A stretch of 64,000 nucleotides of DNA from a virus: IMG/VR virus record IMGVR_UViG_3300010400_000003, positions 11,286 through 75,285 of that record. The stretch is one strand, 5' to 3'. The stretch's first letter is position 1. The number at the start of each line of letters is the position of its first letter. Both the position numbers and the translations under genes were made by a program. The notes under the pieces are model-generated. The model was not told where the DNA came from. It saw only the letters and a list, made by a program, of their open reading frames with translations, and did not search any database. This document shows, piece by piece, positions 26,620-37,118 of the stretch.

Positions 26620-27125
26620 AACGAATGTTTGCCGCTCTATCGGTCGCGCTTTGCGTAATCGCCTTTACCGGCTGTGCCGGGAGGCTGACCCCGCAAGGCG
26701 CCGCCTCAGCCACGGCGTTGGCCGTGTACGCGTTCGGTGAAAACAACCCGAAGATCACCGAAAACATGCGGCGGTTTCAACCCGTCGCGTGCGACCTGGC
26801 GAAAAACCAAGGCGCGACCATTGAGGACATTGTTGGCGTGATTCAAAACACGGGCGACCTGGACAAAGACACCAAGAAGGTGTTGCTGGTCATTTCCACG
26901 ATCTACCAGACCGCCGTGCTGCCGCACGGCACGAACACTGTCAGCACCCACCCGTATTTGGAGGCTGTGATTTGCGAGGGATGGGGAACGGGGTTGAGTT
27001 TATTGCCATACCCGCCCGATCCAACTCCGCCGCCGTCACTCAGCCGAAACGCGCCGCCAGCAAAGGTGGTCCGAGCGAAGTCGCCCAAGAAGCTACCGCC
27101 CGCCAAGTGGTTCATTGTGAAGTAG
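26616..27125 (+). CDS. Lipoprotein
   Basis: Lipobox IAFTG-C; Pro-rich tail. Confidence 0.75.
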   Translation: MKRMFAALSVALCVIAFTGCAGRLTPQGAASATALAVYAFGENNPKITENMRRFQPVACDLAKNQGATIEDIVGVIQNTGDLDKDTKKVLLVISTIYQTAVLPHGTNTVSTHPYLEAVICEGWGTGLSLLPYPPDPTPPPSLSRNAPPAKVVRAKSPKKLPPAKWFIVK

Positions 27126-27128
27126 CCG

Positions 27129-27485
27129 ATGCGACATTGGCTGCCGCTGTTCAATCGCTGTCCGCCCGCGCAGTGCCGCCTGCTCGCGCGCAAGAAGCGC
27201 GGAACGGAATGGATGTCCGTCCGGGACATCGCTTTTTCCTCCGGGCTTTCTCGGGCCGAGGTTGGAAAGCTGCAATTCAAAACCGACTGGAACCGGGTCG
27301 AGGTCGAGACGATGCACCGCTTCAGTCTGGCTTGCGGGGTGAACCTGTTGAGTTTGTCCGAGCACCGGGATTTCACGCGGCGCCGCCAACTCGTTTACCT
27401 GCGGCGGCTCACGGTGTCCCAGCGGCGACTTCACGACAAGCTGGTGGACCTGCTTTTGAGCAGCCGGAGGAAATCCTCGGCCTGA
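27129..27485 (+). CDS. HTH DNA-binding protein
   Basis: MSVRDIAFSSGLSRAEVGKL. Confidence 0.65.
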   Translation: MRHWLPLFNRCPPAQCRLLARKKRGTEWMSVRDIAFSSGLSRAEVGKLQFKTDWNRVEVETMHRFSLACGVNLLSLSEHRDFTRRRQLVYLRRLTVSQRRLHDKLVDLLLSSRRKSSA

Positions 27486-27614
27486 ATCTGTGATCCAACG
27501 GAGGACGGCTTTGCCGGGCGATGTTCGGCGACGGCTGCCAATTTTGAACCAAATGTGACTCACCGCCGAGGTAATATCCCTTGCACATTTCACACCATTC
27601 TGGCCGCTCGTCGC

Positions 27615-29231
27615 TCATAGATGGATTACCGTCCCTGTGTTCTGCCGCTTCCCGACGTTCATCCGGTCCTCCTGCGTGATGATTTCCTCCGCGCACTCGG
27701 CGATCAACGGGTAGCTCAAGGCGTCGAAGATGTGCTTGTTCTCGTCGTTGACGACGAAATTGAGCCGGCCAGCGCCTTTCTTGAGGTCGCGCAGCATCCG
27801 CTGGACGGCCACGCATTGGGCGCTCACATGCAGCCGGCCTTGGGAGAGCAGTTTCTTGACGAGATTGATCCGCGCGCGAACCGAGCCGTTCGGCTTTGGC
27901 ACTCCAATGACGGTTAGGCGGCCCTTGGAAGCGGCGAGGATTTCCAGCGCCGTGTAGGTGTTTCCGGCCGCGCTGTACTTCTCCAGCGCCGACGAGTCGG
28001 AATACGACGCCTCCAGATTGAACTCACGCCCGGAGTCGGACTCAATGTCCTCGATCAACCCCATGAAGGCGATCGTGAAATCCTCGATGGACACCCAATC
28101 GCCATGCCTGTCAGCGAAGTTCTCCATCTTGCCCGACTTGCCGACGCTCTCAAGTTCTTCGAGGACGTTGAAGTGCTTGCGGTCGCCGATGTAGAGGCGG
28201 TCAATGATGACGCCCGCGTGGTTGGCGTCGCCAGGGTCGAGGCCCGTCACCAAGTCAATCGAGCCGCGTGATGGCTTGATGACCTCGTAATCGTCCTCGC
28301 TGGCGAACTCGATGCTGCCCAAGACGTGGATCGCCGGTTTGAAGAACGACCGGAAGTGCCGCGACTGGTCGCCGTCGCCCCAAATCCATTTGCCCATCAC
28401 ATCTCGCGCGTACAGGCCGGGATCGTGCCGGCACTGCTCTTTGAGTTGGCGCAGCAGCCTCGGGTCGAGGCGCAGATTGTCCTCCGGGATCATGGTGATA
28501 ACCTGCCGCTCGGCCATTGACTGCCGCCAGTCCGGCTGCGGCAACGGCTCGTAACCCTCAGCTTCGCAGCCGGCGACGTATTCATCGTAGGACAGCTTTG
28601 GCTCGACGAACCACGTCTTGTAAATCCATGAGTCCGGACCGCGGGGAGACGGATTGGTGTCGGCAATCCACAGGTGATCTTCGTATCTCAGATGCGGCAT
28701 CCGCAGGCACGCCGAGGTGGTCGAGAGCACAATCCGGTCGGAGTCCTCCTTGTCGAACGCCATCAACTCGGGAAAGTAAATGCCGCTGAACTCCTGAGAC
28801 TTCACCTTGTCAACGACATCGGGAACGTGGTCGAGCGAGAACAGCCGGCACTCGGATTCTCCGCCGTAACGGTTGCGGATGCTGAAATAAGGCGTGCGCG
28901 TGTCGCCGATGACTTTCCACCCGGGTTTGCCGTCGTTGTTGAAGCTCGTGTAATTGAAGCCAATACCGGCGCCGATCCATTCCGGGATGGTGACGCGGTG
29001 GAGGCTCTGCCAAGTGCCGCCCTCCTTCGAGTTCTTGATCGTTGGCGCGAACATGGCGAAGCTGGCGCCGGGAGTGTCGTACATGTGGCGGACGATTCGA
29101 TGGAGCACCGCCCAGGTCTTGGCTGAAAATCTCGGGCCTTCAACGAGCAGAAACCGCGCGGTCGAATTGAACACATCCCATTGCAGACCGTGCTTGTTTG
29201 CGTTGAGGTCAGGAGCCCACGGTTGCGACAT
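27615..29231 (-). CDS. terL: Terminase large subunit
   Basis: LLVEGPRFSAKT, KSQEFSGIYFPEL, DTNP, nuclease GLDPG and HIFDALSY. Confidence 0.88.
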   Translation of the reverse strand: MSQPWAPDLNANKHGLQWDVFNSTARFLLVEGPRFSAKTWAVLHRIVRHMYDTPGASFAMFAPTIKNSKEGGTWQSLHRVTIPEWIGAGIGFNYTSFNNDGKPGWKVIGDTRTPYFSIRNRYGGESECRLFSLDHVPDVVDKVKSQEFSGIYFPELMAFDKEDSDRIVLSTTSACLRMPHLRYEDHLWIADTNPSPRGPDSWIYKTWFVEPKLSYDEYVAGCEAEGYEPLPQPDWRQSMAERQVITMIPEDNLRLDPRLLRQLKEQCRHDPGLYARDVMGKWIWGDGDQSRHFRSFFKPAIHVLGSIEFASEDDYEVIKPSRGSIDLVTGLDPGDANHAGVIIDRLYIGDRKHFNVLEELESVGKSGKMENFADRHGDWVSIEDFTIAFMGLIEDIESDSGREFNLEASYSDSSALEKYSAAGNTYTALEILAASKGRLTVIGVPKPNGSVRARINLVKKLLSQGRLHVSAQCVAVQRMLRDLKKGAGRLNFVVNDENKHIFDALSYPLIAECAEEIITQEDRMNVGKRQNTGTVIHL

Positions 29232-29283
29232 GCGCCCAAAATAGCCCTTGCGCGGGGCGGGCGGCAAGTCTTAGAGTCGCGGC
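29232..29283. promoter_or_regulatory. Overlapping divergent promoters for terminase and portal
   Basis: Plus TTGCGC-18-TAGAGT-6-GTG; minus TTGCCG-18-TATTTT-6-ATG. Confidence 0.55.
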
Positions 29284-31686
29284 GTGGTTGACCTCGATCT
29301 CGTCAAATGCGACAGCGACTTTCTGAAAGGAAGGTTCGATGCGGATGAAGCCAAGCGCACCGGCACGGCGGACGAGAAGAAAAAGGTTACGGACCTGCTC
29401 AACCGCATCCGCTCGCGCGTTCAGGAGGGAATGTCCCGCAATCTTGCCGACTGGCAATGGGTGTACGCGGTGGACAAGGCGCTGGACACGCCGTTCCGTC
29501 AGTTTTACCCGCGGCTTTTCGGCGCGCTCGAAGGCGGGGACCTCAAGGGCTGCTGCGACATCATGCGCGGGCTGAACCTCGACAACTGCATCAGCGTCAC
29601 GAAGGACAAGGACGGCAAGGAGTCGTATTCGGTGAACGAGGAAAACTTCGTCATCTTGGTCGGCCTGTGCTCGTCATACCTCAAAGCCCGCTGGGCGAAG
29701 ATCACCAACGACCGCCGGGCAAACCCGTTCCACAAATACGAGCCGGCGAAACTCACGACGGTCAACCGGACGAAATGCGAAGTCATCACCGACCGGGTGC
29801 AGGTGATGAGCGACCAGTACGGCTACTTCGAGGTTTTCAAGCAGGCCGTTCACAAGATGCTGGCCTACTCGTTTGCCATCGCGTTCATCAAAGAGGAGTG
29901 GCATACGGAGGAGCAGCAACGGACGGCGACGGTGAAGGACGCGCTGGAATCCGGCAATGGAGAGAGCGGCGAGCCGAAGGTCAAGGTGGGCGATCCGGTG
30001 GACGAGATCGTGAAGGAGGGCCTGCGTTACGACCTGCCCAAACCAAACCGCGTTTACCGCGACTTGGCGCACCCGCTCTACACGATCAACACCGACACCG
30101 GTTGCCAGTTCGGAGGCTATTGGCAAATCGTGCGGTATCGCGAGTTGAAGAACGCTGGGTTCTGGAACGACGACAAGATTTCGCTCGGCAACGGGACCAA
30201 CCCGCTGGTGGATTATGGCAGCCAGTACTTCCAAGTTTACGACAACGCGATCAAGGTCGCCCCGTGCTGGCGACAGCCGACGGTGGACGACACGGCGGTT
30301 GCTCCAGGCGCGAACACGAGCACCAACCTCGAAGCGAACTTGGCCAACCAGTGGTACGGCACGGACCATCTGGACCAGGGCGCGCTCGTCACGAATCATT
30401 TCGAGAAACTGGTGCCGAAAGACAACGGGCTGGGAGACTATCCGCATCCGGTGTGGTTCAGGTTCGTCATGGCGGGCGACGGCTGCACCGTCCTGTGGGC
30501 GTGCGCGCTGCCACATATCCCGATGTGGTACATGGGCTACGACGCCGACGAGTCGCGCGCCAAGAATCCTTCACTGGTGATGGAGATTCTGCCGTACCAG
30601 TACCAGTTCGAGACGGCGCTTTCGCAGATCATCCTGAGCAACCGGCAAAACCTGTCTAACCTGACGCTGCTCAATACCGACGTGCTGGACGACAAGCAGG
30701 ATTGGGTTAAGGAGATCGCCGGCTGGGGGAACACGATTTGGAAGAAGCTCAACATCGTTCCGGCGTCATTCAAGCGGCTGAACCGGCTGCTGCAAAGCAA
30801 TTCGAGATCGCAGCAGGAGATGGGGATTTCATTGACACTACCTAAGGCGAGCCTGCAAGAACAGATTGCTGTGGCCAACATGGTTCTCGCCACGTTGGAG
30901 CGGGCGCTTGGAATGTCGAATCAGGAGATTGCCCAAACGGCCAGCCACGAGATTTCCGCGACCGAGACGCGCAACCTGGCGGCGGCCACGAGCAACCGGC
31001 TGACCTTCACGGCGACCGCAGCCGACATCGGACGCGATGCGTGGAAGAAGCAGAGTTACGCCTACCTGATGGCCTTCGGAGACGACGACTTTTATGGGCA
31101 CATTCCCGCCGACAACCCGATCACCCAAGAGCAACTTGAGAAGATGGGCTTTACCTACGTGGACCATGATGACTTGGCTGGTACGGAGAAATACCGGCGA
31201 GTACGCGCCAAAAAAGAGACATTGGCGCTCCCGCTCCACGAATTCGCGAGCACGCGCGACGGCGAGGACCGCACCAGCGACTCAGCCATCGCGGCGGTGA
31301 TGGCGACCTTGGCCCGAGACGTGATGAACAACCCGATGCTGGCCCAAGCGGTCGGAGCGGAACAAGGGTTGCAATGGATCAACGCCATCGGTTACTTCTC
31401 GGGGATGCCGAGGGACTTCAAGTTGCGCATGGCCGGGAAGCCGCTGGAGCAGCAGCAGGCCGAGATTCAGCAGATGCTCAAACAGGTCGCAGAGCAAACG
31501 CTGGCGGCGGCGGATGAGCACATCATCAAGGCGATCACACCGCTGGTGGAGCAGGTGAAATCGCTCGGGCAGGAGATGGCTCTGGTCACTCGCTTTTTGG
31601 GTATCGCGGCGAACGGAAACGGGAACGGCGGGCCGCCGCTGGTCACGCCTCCCGGAAATGCTCCGATGATGTCACCGAGGATGTGA
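29284..31686 (+). CDS. Probable portal protein
   Basis: 800 aa next to terL and before scaffold/capsid; SATE motif; Gln-rich helical C-terminus. Confidence 0.7.
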   Translation: MVDLDLVKCDSDFLKGRFDADEAKRTGTADEKKKVTDLLNRIRSRVQEGMSRNLADWQWVYAVDKALDTPFRQFYPRLFGALEGGDLKGCCDIMRGLNLDNCISVTKDKDGKESYSVNEENFVILVGLCSSYLKARWAKITNDRRANPFHKYEPAKLTTVNRTKCEVITDRVQVMSDQYGYFEVFKQAVHKMLAYSFAIAFIKEEWHTEEQQRTATVKDALESGNGESGEPKVKVGDPVDEIVKEGLRYDLPKPNRVYRDLAHPLYTINTDTGCQFGGYWQIVRYRELKNAGFWNDDKISLGNGTNPLVDYGSQYFQVYDNAIKVAPCWRQPTVDDTAVAPGANTSTNLEANLANQWYGTDHLDQGALVTNHFEKLVPKDNGLGDYPHPVWFRFVMAGDGCTVLWACALPHIPMWYMGYDADESRAKNPSLVMEILPYQYQFETALSQIILSNRQNLSNLTLLNTDVLDDKQDWVKEIAGWGNTIWKKLNIVPASFKRLNRLLQSNSRSQQEMGISLTLPKASLQEQIAVANMVLATLERALGMSNQEIAQTASHEISATETRNLAAATSNRLTFTATAADIGRDAWKKQSYAYLMAFGDDDFYGHIPADNPITQEQLEKMGFTYVDHDDLAGTEKYRRVRAKKETLALPLHEFASTRDGEDRTSDSAIAAVMATLARDVMNNPMLAQAVGAEQGLQWINAIGYFSGMPRDFKLRMAGKPLEQQQAEIQQMLKQVAEQTLAAADEHIIKAITPLVEQVKSLGQEMALVTRFLGIAANGNGNGGPPLVTPPGNAPMMSPRM

Positions 31687-31898
31687 ACGCGGGCCACAAA
31701 CATTCTACGCGATGGGGCTTTGGCGAAACCCTGTATCACAAGATGACTGGCGGCAAGGGCATGGTGACTGGCATCATTCTCCGCCACAATGCGCCCCCGA
31801 TTTACGGAATGGTGTTCTCGGATGACGTGTCCGAGAAGAACTGTTACGAGTTCGAGTTGACCGAGGAACAACCGACCGTAGTGACGAACGACACATGA
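31683..31898 (+). CDS. Small SH3-like hypothetical protein
   Basis: FGETLYHK..GMVTGI...CYEFEL. Confidence 0.65.
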   Translation: MNAGHKHSTRWGFGETLYHKMTGGKGMVTGIILRHNAPPIYGMVFSDDVSEKNCYEFELTEEQPTVVTNDT

Positions 31899-32167
31899 AC
31901 ACCGAGAGTTGCGATTGCAGGAATGTTGGCCCCGGAAAGATCGAAAAGGTTGGCGACTTCGCTTTTGATGAAGATTTCACGCACATTTACATTTGGATTC
32001 CTGGCATCAAGGGGCCAGACGCGATTCAGATTCAAAAAGGACCGGCTGGCGGCAATCGCGTTTGGGGATGGGATGGGAACGTGGACAAGCCGACGCTCAC
32101 TCCAAGCATCCACTGCCTCGGCGAGTGGCATGGGCATTTGGTAGCCGGGAGATTGGTTTCATGCTGA
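31895..32167 (+). CDS. DUF6527-like protein
   Basis: WGWDGNVDKPTLTPSI...WHGHL..G. Confidence 0.7.
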   Translation: MNTESCDCRNVGPGKIEKVGDFAFDEDFTHIYIWIPGIKGPDAIQIQKGPAGGNRVWGWDGNVDKPTLTPSIHCLGEWHGHLVAGRLVSC

Positions 32168-32481
32168 ACATTCAACCCATCGCGCTTCCTGAAGTCGTAG
32201 CCAACAGCATCCGCAAGTGGCTGGGCGCGGACGGCGCGGCCGACTTCATGCAATGGCTGGTGACGCTCGACGCAATCCTGACGGCGGAGGCTGGAAATCT
32301 GCTCTTGCAGGCTGCCGAGGACCCGTCCAAGGTGGACGAAGCGCGGGCGAAGGCGGACGAGGCGGCGGAGATTCGCCGGTTCATCGAGCGCATCAATAAG
32401 GCCAGGACGAAAGACTTTCAATTTGAACAGTGCGAGATCGCGCCGGTTACGGTAAGCCAAACCCCGAACCTCGACACCTGA
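32161..32481 (+). CDS. Hypothetical protein
   Basis: MLNIQP start; strong codon bias. Confidence 0.7.
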   Translation: MLNIQPIALPEVVANSIRKWLGADGAADFMQWLVTLDAILTAEAGNLLLQAAEDPSKVDEARAKADEAAEIRRFIERINKARTKDFQFEQCEIAPVTVSQTPNLDT

Positions 32482-32754
32482 ACAGTGAATCGCCTGCGAG
32501 AATTCAATGGGGTGAAATTAAAGTTTGACGATTACGCGGCCATCGCGACGTGCATCATCGCCAACATCTATGTGTGGTTCGTCCTCTATCGCAAGTTGCT
32601 GTCCCTCAAATGAGGCTGAAACTTATTGTCACCACTGCGACGACTGGCATTCATCCAGAGTTCGCTGCTCAACCGTGCAGCACGAAACTGAGGCTGCTAT
32701 CTTGCAGGCCGTTGCGAAGTGTGATTCCATTCCTCAAGTGAACCAATCAAACCT

Positions 32755-34233
32755 ATGACCCAATCCCCAGAACTCGTCATCAAACGCACCCAAGTTATCG
32801 TGGACGCGCCCAAGCCGCCGCCCGAGCCTGAGAAGGTGAAGCTGCCGGAGACGGAGGCGGAATTGCAGCAACGCCGCAAGGACGTGGAGGCGGCGATGTG
32901 GGGGCCGAAGCCAAAGCCTGCGCCTGCCGCTCCTGAACCGGAAACCACCGCCGATGCCGCGCCGCCCGCGCTGGACGAAGGTGGCGCACCTGCTGCCGCC
33001 GCGCCCGCCGCTGCTGCTCCACCCGCTCCCGCCCCGGTTGACACCGATGCGCTGATCGCCAAGACGGCGGCCAAGATCGGAGAGGAAGTGGGCAAGGCGA
33101 TGGATCGCCAGCCGGCGAAACCCGAGCCAGAGCCGGAGGCCGAACCAGAACTCACGCCCGAGGACGCACGCGACGCCGAGATCATCGCCAAGATGGAAGA
33201 ACTCGATCCGTCAGTCAAAGGCAAGGCGGAGGCGTTCAAGGCGTTTGCCCTGCGGCGGTATGACTACGAAACGGCGTGGCGCGAGAAACACCCAGGCGCG
33301 ACGTTCAATCCCGACGACGCCGAGCACGAGGAATTTTACAAAGGCCAGCCCGAGATTGACCCGGACGCTTTTCAGGAGGCCAAGGACGAATTGCGCGTGG
33401 ATCGAAAGGTCGCGCAGCGGCTCAAGCCGATTGAGGAAAAGACGGCGGCCGACGAGCGCCGGACAAAGACCGACCAATCCATCGCCGCCGCCGCACCCAA
33501 GATCGCCTCGAACGTGTCGGAAAAGATTCTGGACACGGTTGGCCGGGTCAGCGCCGACGTAGCTGCGTTGCTCAAAGACATGAACCCGCTGGCGCTCAAG
33601 CCGGAGGAAATCGCGACGCTCGAAGAAGCCGACCCGATCGTGGCCGAGGTCTTGGGGCCGCTGGTGACGAACCAGTTGGCGCCGATGCTCATTGAGTTGG
33701 AAAAGTCGGTTGCGCCCGGCGCGGAGTACGCGCTCGACCCGCGCACCAACCCGGTCCATGCCGAGATCGCCCGCTACCTTGGCAAGTTCGAGGAGTCCAA
33801 ACCTGGCCTGCGCGAAGGGCGAGAGTTCCTGACGCTGGCCGAGATGAACCGCCGGTCGCTCGCGATTCTGAACGGCAAAGGCTCGGACGAGGCCAAGCGT
33901 GGCAGGCTGGACGACCTGCAATCGCGCCACTGGACGGCCACGGTGGACGACATCCAAAAGACCATCGTGGACGACATTTCGACCCGCGCGAAGGCCGCGG
34001 TGGACCGCATTGACGGCCTCGGCAGGCGCAAGTACAAGCCTGAACCGAAAACGACCGCCGCAAAACCCGCCGCGCAGCCGACAGCACCAGAACCGCCGCA
34101 GCAGCCCGCCGCCAACGGAAAACCACGCCCGCCTGCGGTCGCTTCGCAGGCTACTGTGATGGACACCTCGCGCGCCGGCAAACAAGCCGGCAAATCTTTT
34201 GGACAAACCGCTGTTGAGGTTCATTGGGGCTGA
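32755..34233 (+). CDS. Probable capsid scaffolding protein
   Basis: Acidic, Pro/Ala-rich, helical; directly upstream of the capsid gene. Confidence 0.65.
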   Translation: MTQSPELVIKRTQVIVDAPKPPPEPEKVKLPETEAELQQRRKDVEAAMWGPKPKPAPAAPEPETTADAAPPALDEGGAPAAAAPAAAAPPAPAPVDTDALIAKTAAKIGEEVGKAMDRQPAKPEPEPEAEPELTPEDARDAEIIAKMEELDPSVKGKAEAFKAFALRRYDYETAWREKHPGATFNPDDAEHEEFYKGQPEIDPDAFQEAKDELRVDRKVAQRLKPIEEKTAADERRTKTDQSIAAAAPKIASNVSEKILDTVGRVSADVAALLKDMNPLALKPEEIATLEEADPIVAEVLGPLVTNQLAPMLIELEKSVAPGAEYALDPRTNPVHAEIARYLGKFEESKPGLREGREFLTLAEMNRRSLAILNGKGSDEAKRGRLDDLQSRHWTATVDDIQKTIVDDISTRAKAAVDRIDGLGRRKYKPEPKTTAAKPAAQPTAPEPPQQPAANGKPRPPAVASQATVMDTSRAGKQAGKSFGQTAVEVHWG

Positions 34234-34287
34234 TAGAGTTTTTCCAGCCGAAACGCCGTTTGGATCCGGCGCGGACGCGGAAAAACT

Positions 34288-36054
34288 ATGGCTGATCGTT
34301 TCCTGGAGACACCGTGTCAGGTGTCCATTTCCAATAACTACGACACCTGCGGGACCATCACACGCGCGTCTATCGCGCATCTGACCCCCACCCAACTCGA
34401 ATCGCTGTTCAAGCCCGGCGGACTGTTCGCCGACATGGACGCTTGGTTTCGCACCTCGTTTGAAATGCAGGCGTGCGGGACCCGCACCAACGGCATGTAC
34501 GAGTGGCTGATGTCCTCGAACAAGCAGATGGGGCATCTGGTCAACACCCGGAAGGTCGAGAAAGGTCCTGGATTGGTCGAGCCGTTCGTGCTCGGTCGCC
34601 AGAATTCCGTCATCAACAACGATTATTGGGCGCTCACCGGCGGCGTGGCCAACAGCGGTTACACGCCCGACACACCAGCCAACGCCGGCACGGGCGCCAT
34701 CAGCGCCGGCCCGCTGACGACCGCTCAGAAGGCGCTTGGAGCCGCTGGCGATCGCGTCATCCGCGTCATCACCCGCTACGGTTTTGAACTGACGGCTAAC
34801 TGGTTCGTCTCCAAAGATCGCGTGATGATCTTCGGCAAGGCGACGGGAGGTTATTCGACCCGCGGACAGTGGCGCGTACTCGCCGCGGCTGCCAACACGG
34901 CCGGGACTTATGTGGACGTGCTCGTCACGAGTGAGAACGGCGGATCGGCAACGCCCTACGACACCGCGCCGACGACTGGCGTGTTGCTGGCACTCGGCAA
35001 CAACGTCAACGATTACGAAAGCTGGTGCTACAACCGGCCCACGCAAGATCCGCGCAAGCGCGTGCCGTTCTGGTATCAGACGATGCGCCGCACCCGCTGC
35101 GTCAGCCAGCAATACCGCGAGGTCTTTGCCCGTCTCATGGAGTCCAACAAATACTTCCAGGAGTTCGGCGACCTGCCGCTGGCCGAGCGCAACCGCCAGG
35201 ACGAGGAAGAATACCAGCACCGCTGGGTCAACACGTTCTTTTGGGGCAAGGCCATTTCCGCCAACCAGACGCTCGCCAACTGGCAGTCGCTCGACCAGAT
35301 CACGACCGTCTCGGGTGTCAACGCCGATCCGGCGATCGTCGGAAACCTCATCTCCTACCGCGCCAACATGGTCGGCGTGTACGAGCAGCTTCGCGCCTGC
35401 GGTCGCGTGCGCGATCTCCAGAACAACAAGCTGAACTTCTACGAGTTCCTGGACGAGATTTACAACATCTACCGCGCCCGCAAGTCCCAGGGCAAGCCGG
35501 CCAACTCGATTGACGTTTACACCGATTCCGTCACGGCGGCCAACTTCGAGACGGCGGCGATCAACTACTACAAGAACGAGTACGGCGACATCCTGCGCAT
35601 CCCGCTCGAAGTCACCGAAGGCCAGAACATGACGCTCGGGTTCGCTTGGCGCTCGTACAAGTTCAAGCGCCCGCTGGGCGTGACGGTGAACATCATCACC
35701 CACGAGTTCTTCGACGACATGCTCAACGCGGGCATGACCGAATCGGTCGGTTCGAGCACGCGGTTCATGGCGATTCTCGATCTCGGAAAGGGTGGCTCAA
35801 TCTACCCCGGCCTGATCGCCACGAACATGAAGAAGCGCACGCACGGCGAGCTTGAGCAGATGGCTCGGATTGACTCCACGGTAAAGTGCGTCATGGAAAG
35901 CGTGACGGAGGAATTCTCGCTGATGTCGGAATCAGTTACCGCCATAAATGACTGTCCAGCAAACAGCCTTTGGTTGGAGGGGCTACAAGACGCTGTTCCC
36001 TCGACTGCCGGTAAATCCGGGGACTACTATAACCTGTACGTCGATTTGTATTAA
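34288..36054 (+). CDS. Probable major capsid protein
   Basis: Position after portal and scaffold, very strong codon bias, FFWGK motif, followed by a terminator. Confidence 0.75.
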   Translation: MADRFLETPCQVSISNNYDTCGTITRASIAHLTPTQLESLFKPGGLFADMDAWFRTSFEMQACGTRTNGMYEWLMSSNKQMGHLVNTRKVEKGPGLVEPFVLGRQNSVINNDYWALTGGVANSGYTPDTPANAGTGAISAGPLTTAQKALGAAGDRVIRVITRYGFELTANWFVSKDRVMIFGKATGGYSTRGQWRVLAAAANTAGTYVDVLVTSENGGSATPYDTAPTTGVLLALGNNVNDYESWCYNRPTQDPRKRVPFWYQTMRRTRCVSQQYREVFARLMESNKYFQEFGDLPLAERNRQDEEEYQHRWVNTFFWGKAISANQTLANWQSLDQITTVSGVNADPAIVGNLISYRANMVGVYEQLRACGRVRDLQNNKLNFYEFLDEIYNIYRARKSQGKPANSIDVYTDSVTAANFETAAINYYKNEYGDILRIPLEVTEGQNMTLGFAWRSYKFKRPLGVTVNIITHEFFDDMLNAGMTESVGSSTRFMAILDLGKGGSIYPGLIATNMKKRTHGELEQMARIDSTVKCVMESVTEEFSLMSESVTAINDCPANSLWLEGLQDAVPSTAGKSGDYYNLYVDLY

Positions 36055-36079
36055 GTTTCTGTAATTCAGCTACTTACAC

Positions 36080-36110
36080 AGGCCCGGATTCGTCCGGGCC
36101 TTTTTATTTT
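36080..36110 (+). terminator. Rho-independent terminator
   Basis: AGGCCCGGA-TTCG-TCCGGGCCT then TTTTATTTT. Confidence 0.9.
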
Positions 36111-36146
36111 CCAAAGCTCTTTACATCACAAACCGCTTTGTGATAA

Positions 36147-37118
36147 ATGAAAGCAATGACATGCACAAAAACCCACACGCAGTTGCCCTTGGACGCCGGG
36201 GCGGTAAAATCGGAGGGCGTTCCCGTTCGCGTCGGAAAGTTCTTGCGGCTCGCAGGAACGTCAGACTTGCAGGACAAGCGAGAAAGAAGGCTGCAAGCAA
36301 TTCGGCGCTACAAGGCCAAGCTCAAAGCGGAAACCCGCATTGACGGCAGGCTGTTCCGGTTCGTGTTTCGGAATCCTGAATATCGGAGGATCGAGAAAAC
36401 GATTGATTGGAAGAAGGTGTTTGCCGAAAGCCGATCTGAGATGAAGCCGATACCGCTGTCGGAGCACTTCCAGGCCTGGGCGGCAACCGGCGATGCCAAC
36501 ATGCTTAGATTTCTGTCGGTGCTGCTGGCCCTGAACTACCGATCAATTTGCGAGATCAAGCACAACCACGTTTCGCAAATGCTTTTCAAGCGACCGTCGC
36601 AGCGGATGTCGAGGGAGAAGCGCAAGGAGGTAAACGCGAAGTATCGCGATTATCGCAAGGAGTATTACAAGAAGCGCAGGACTGATCCTGAATACGTCGC
36701 TCAACTCCGCAAGCAGGGCGCCGTGGATTTTCAAAAACACAAGCAGCGCATTTACGCCTACCGCAACAACCGTCGCAAGACCGACCCCCAATACAAGATC
36801 AGTAGCAACCTCCGCACGTACATCTACCAGCGCGTCGGCAAGAAGAACACGACGGGCCAGAGCCGTTTCCGCGAGATCGTCGGTTGCTCGATTGAGGAGT
36901 TTTGCAAATGGCTGGAGTCCCATTTGGCACCCTGGATGAATTGGACGAATTATGGTTCCGGTCCCGGGCAATGGAGCATTGACCACACGCGGTGTTGCGC
37001 GTCGTTTGACCTGACGGACCCCGAACAGGTGAAGCAGTGTTTTCATTATTCCAATATGAAACCCATGCTCCACCGCGACAACCTCTCCAAAAGCGACAAA
37101 CTTCCCGCAATCTCGTGA
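36147..37118 (+). CDS. HNH/endonuclease VII-like free-standing endonuclease (start uncertain)
   Basis: VGCSIEE..WMNWTNYG..WSIDH...FDLTD...HYSNMKP...NLSK. Confidence 0.82.
   Translation: MKAMTCTKTHTQLPLDAGAVKSEGVPVRVGKFLRLAGTSDLQDKRERRLQAIRRYKAKLKAETRIDGRLFRFVFRNPEYRRIEKTIDWKKVFAESRSEMKPIPLSEHFQAWAATGDANMLRFLSVLLALNYRSICEIKHNHVSQMLFKRPSQRMSREKRKEVNAKYRDYRKEYYKKRRTDPEYVAQLRKQGAVDFQKHKQRIYAYRNNRRKTDPQYKISSNLRTYIYQRVGKKNTTGQSRFREIVGCSIEEFCKWLESHLAPWMNWTNYGSGPGQWSIDHTRCCASFDLTDPEQVKQCFHYSNMKPMLHRDNLSKSDKLPAIS

Noticed and set aside
33211-35703. 830-aa minus-strand ORF and other long antisense ORFs
   Set aside because: Shadows of strongly GC3-biased real genes (scaffold, capsid); no motifs.
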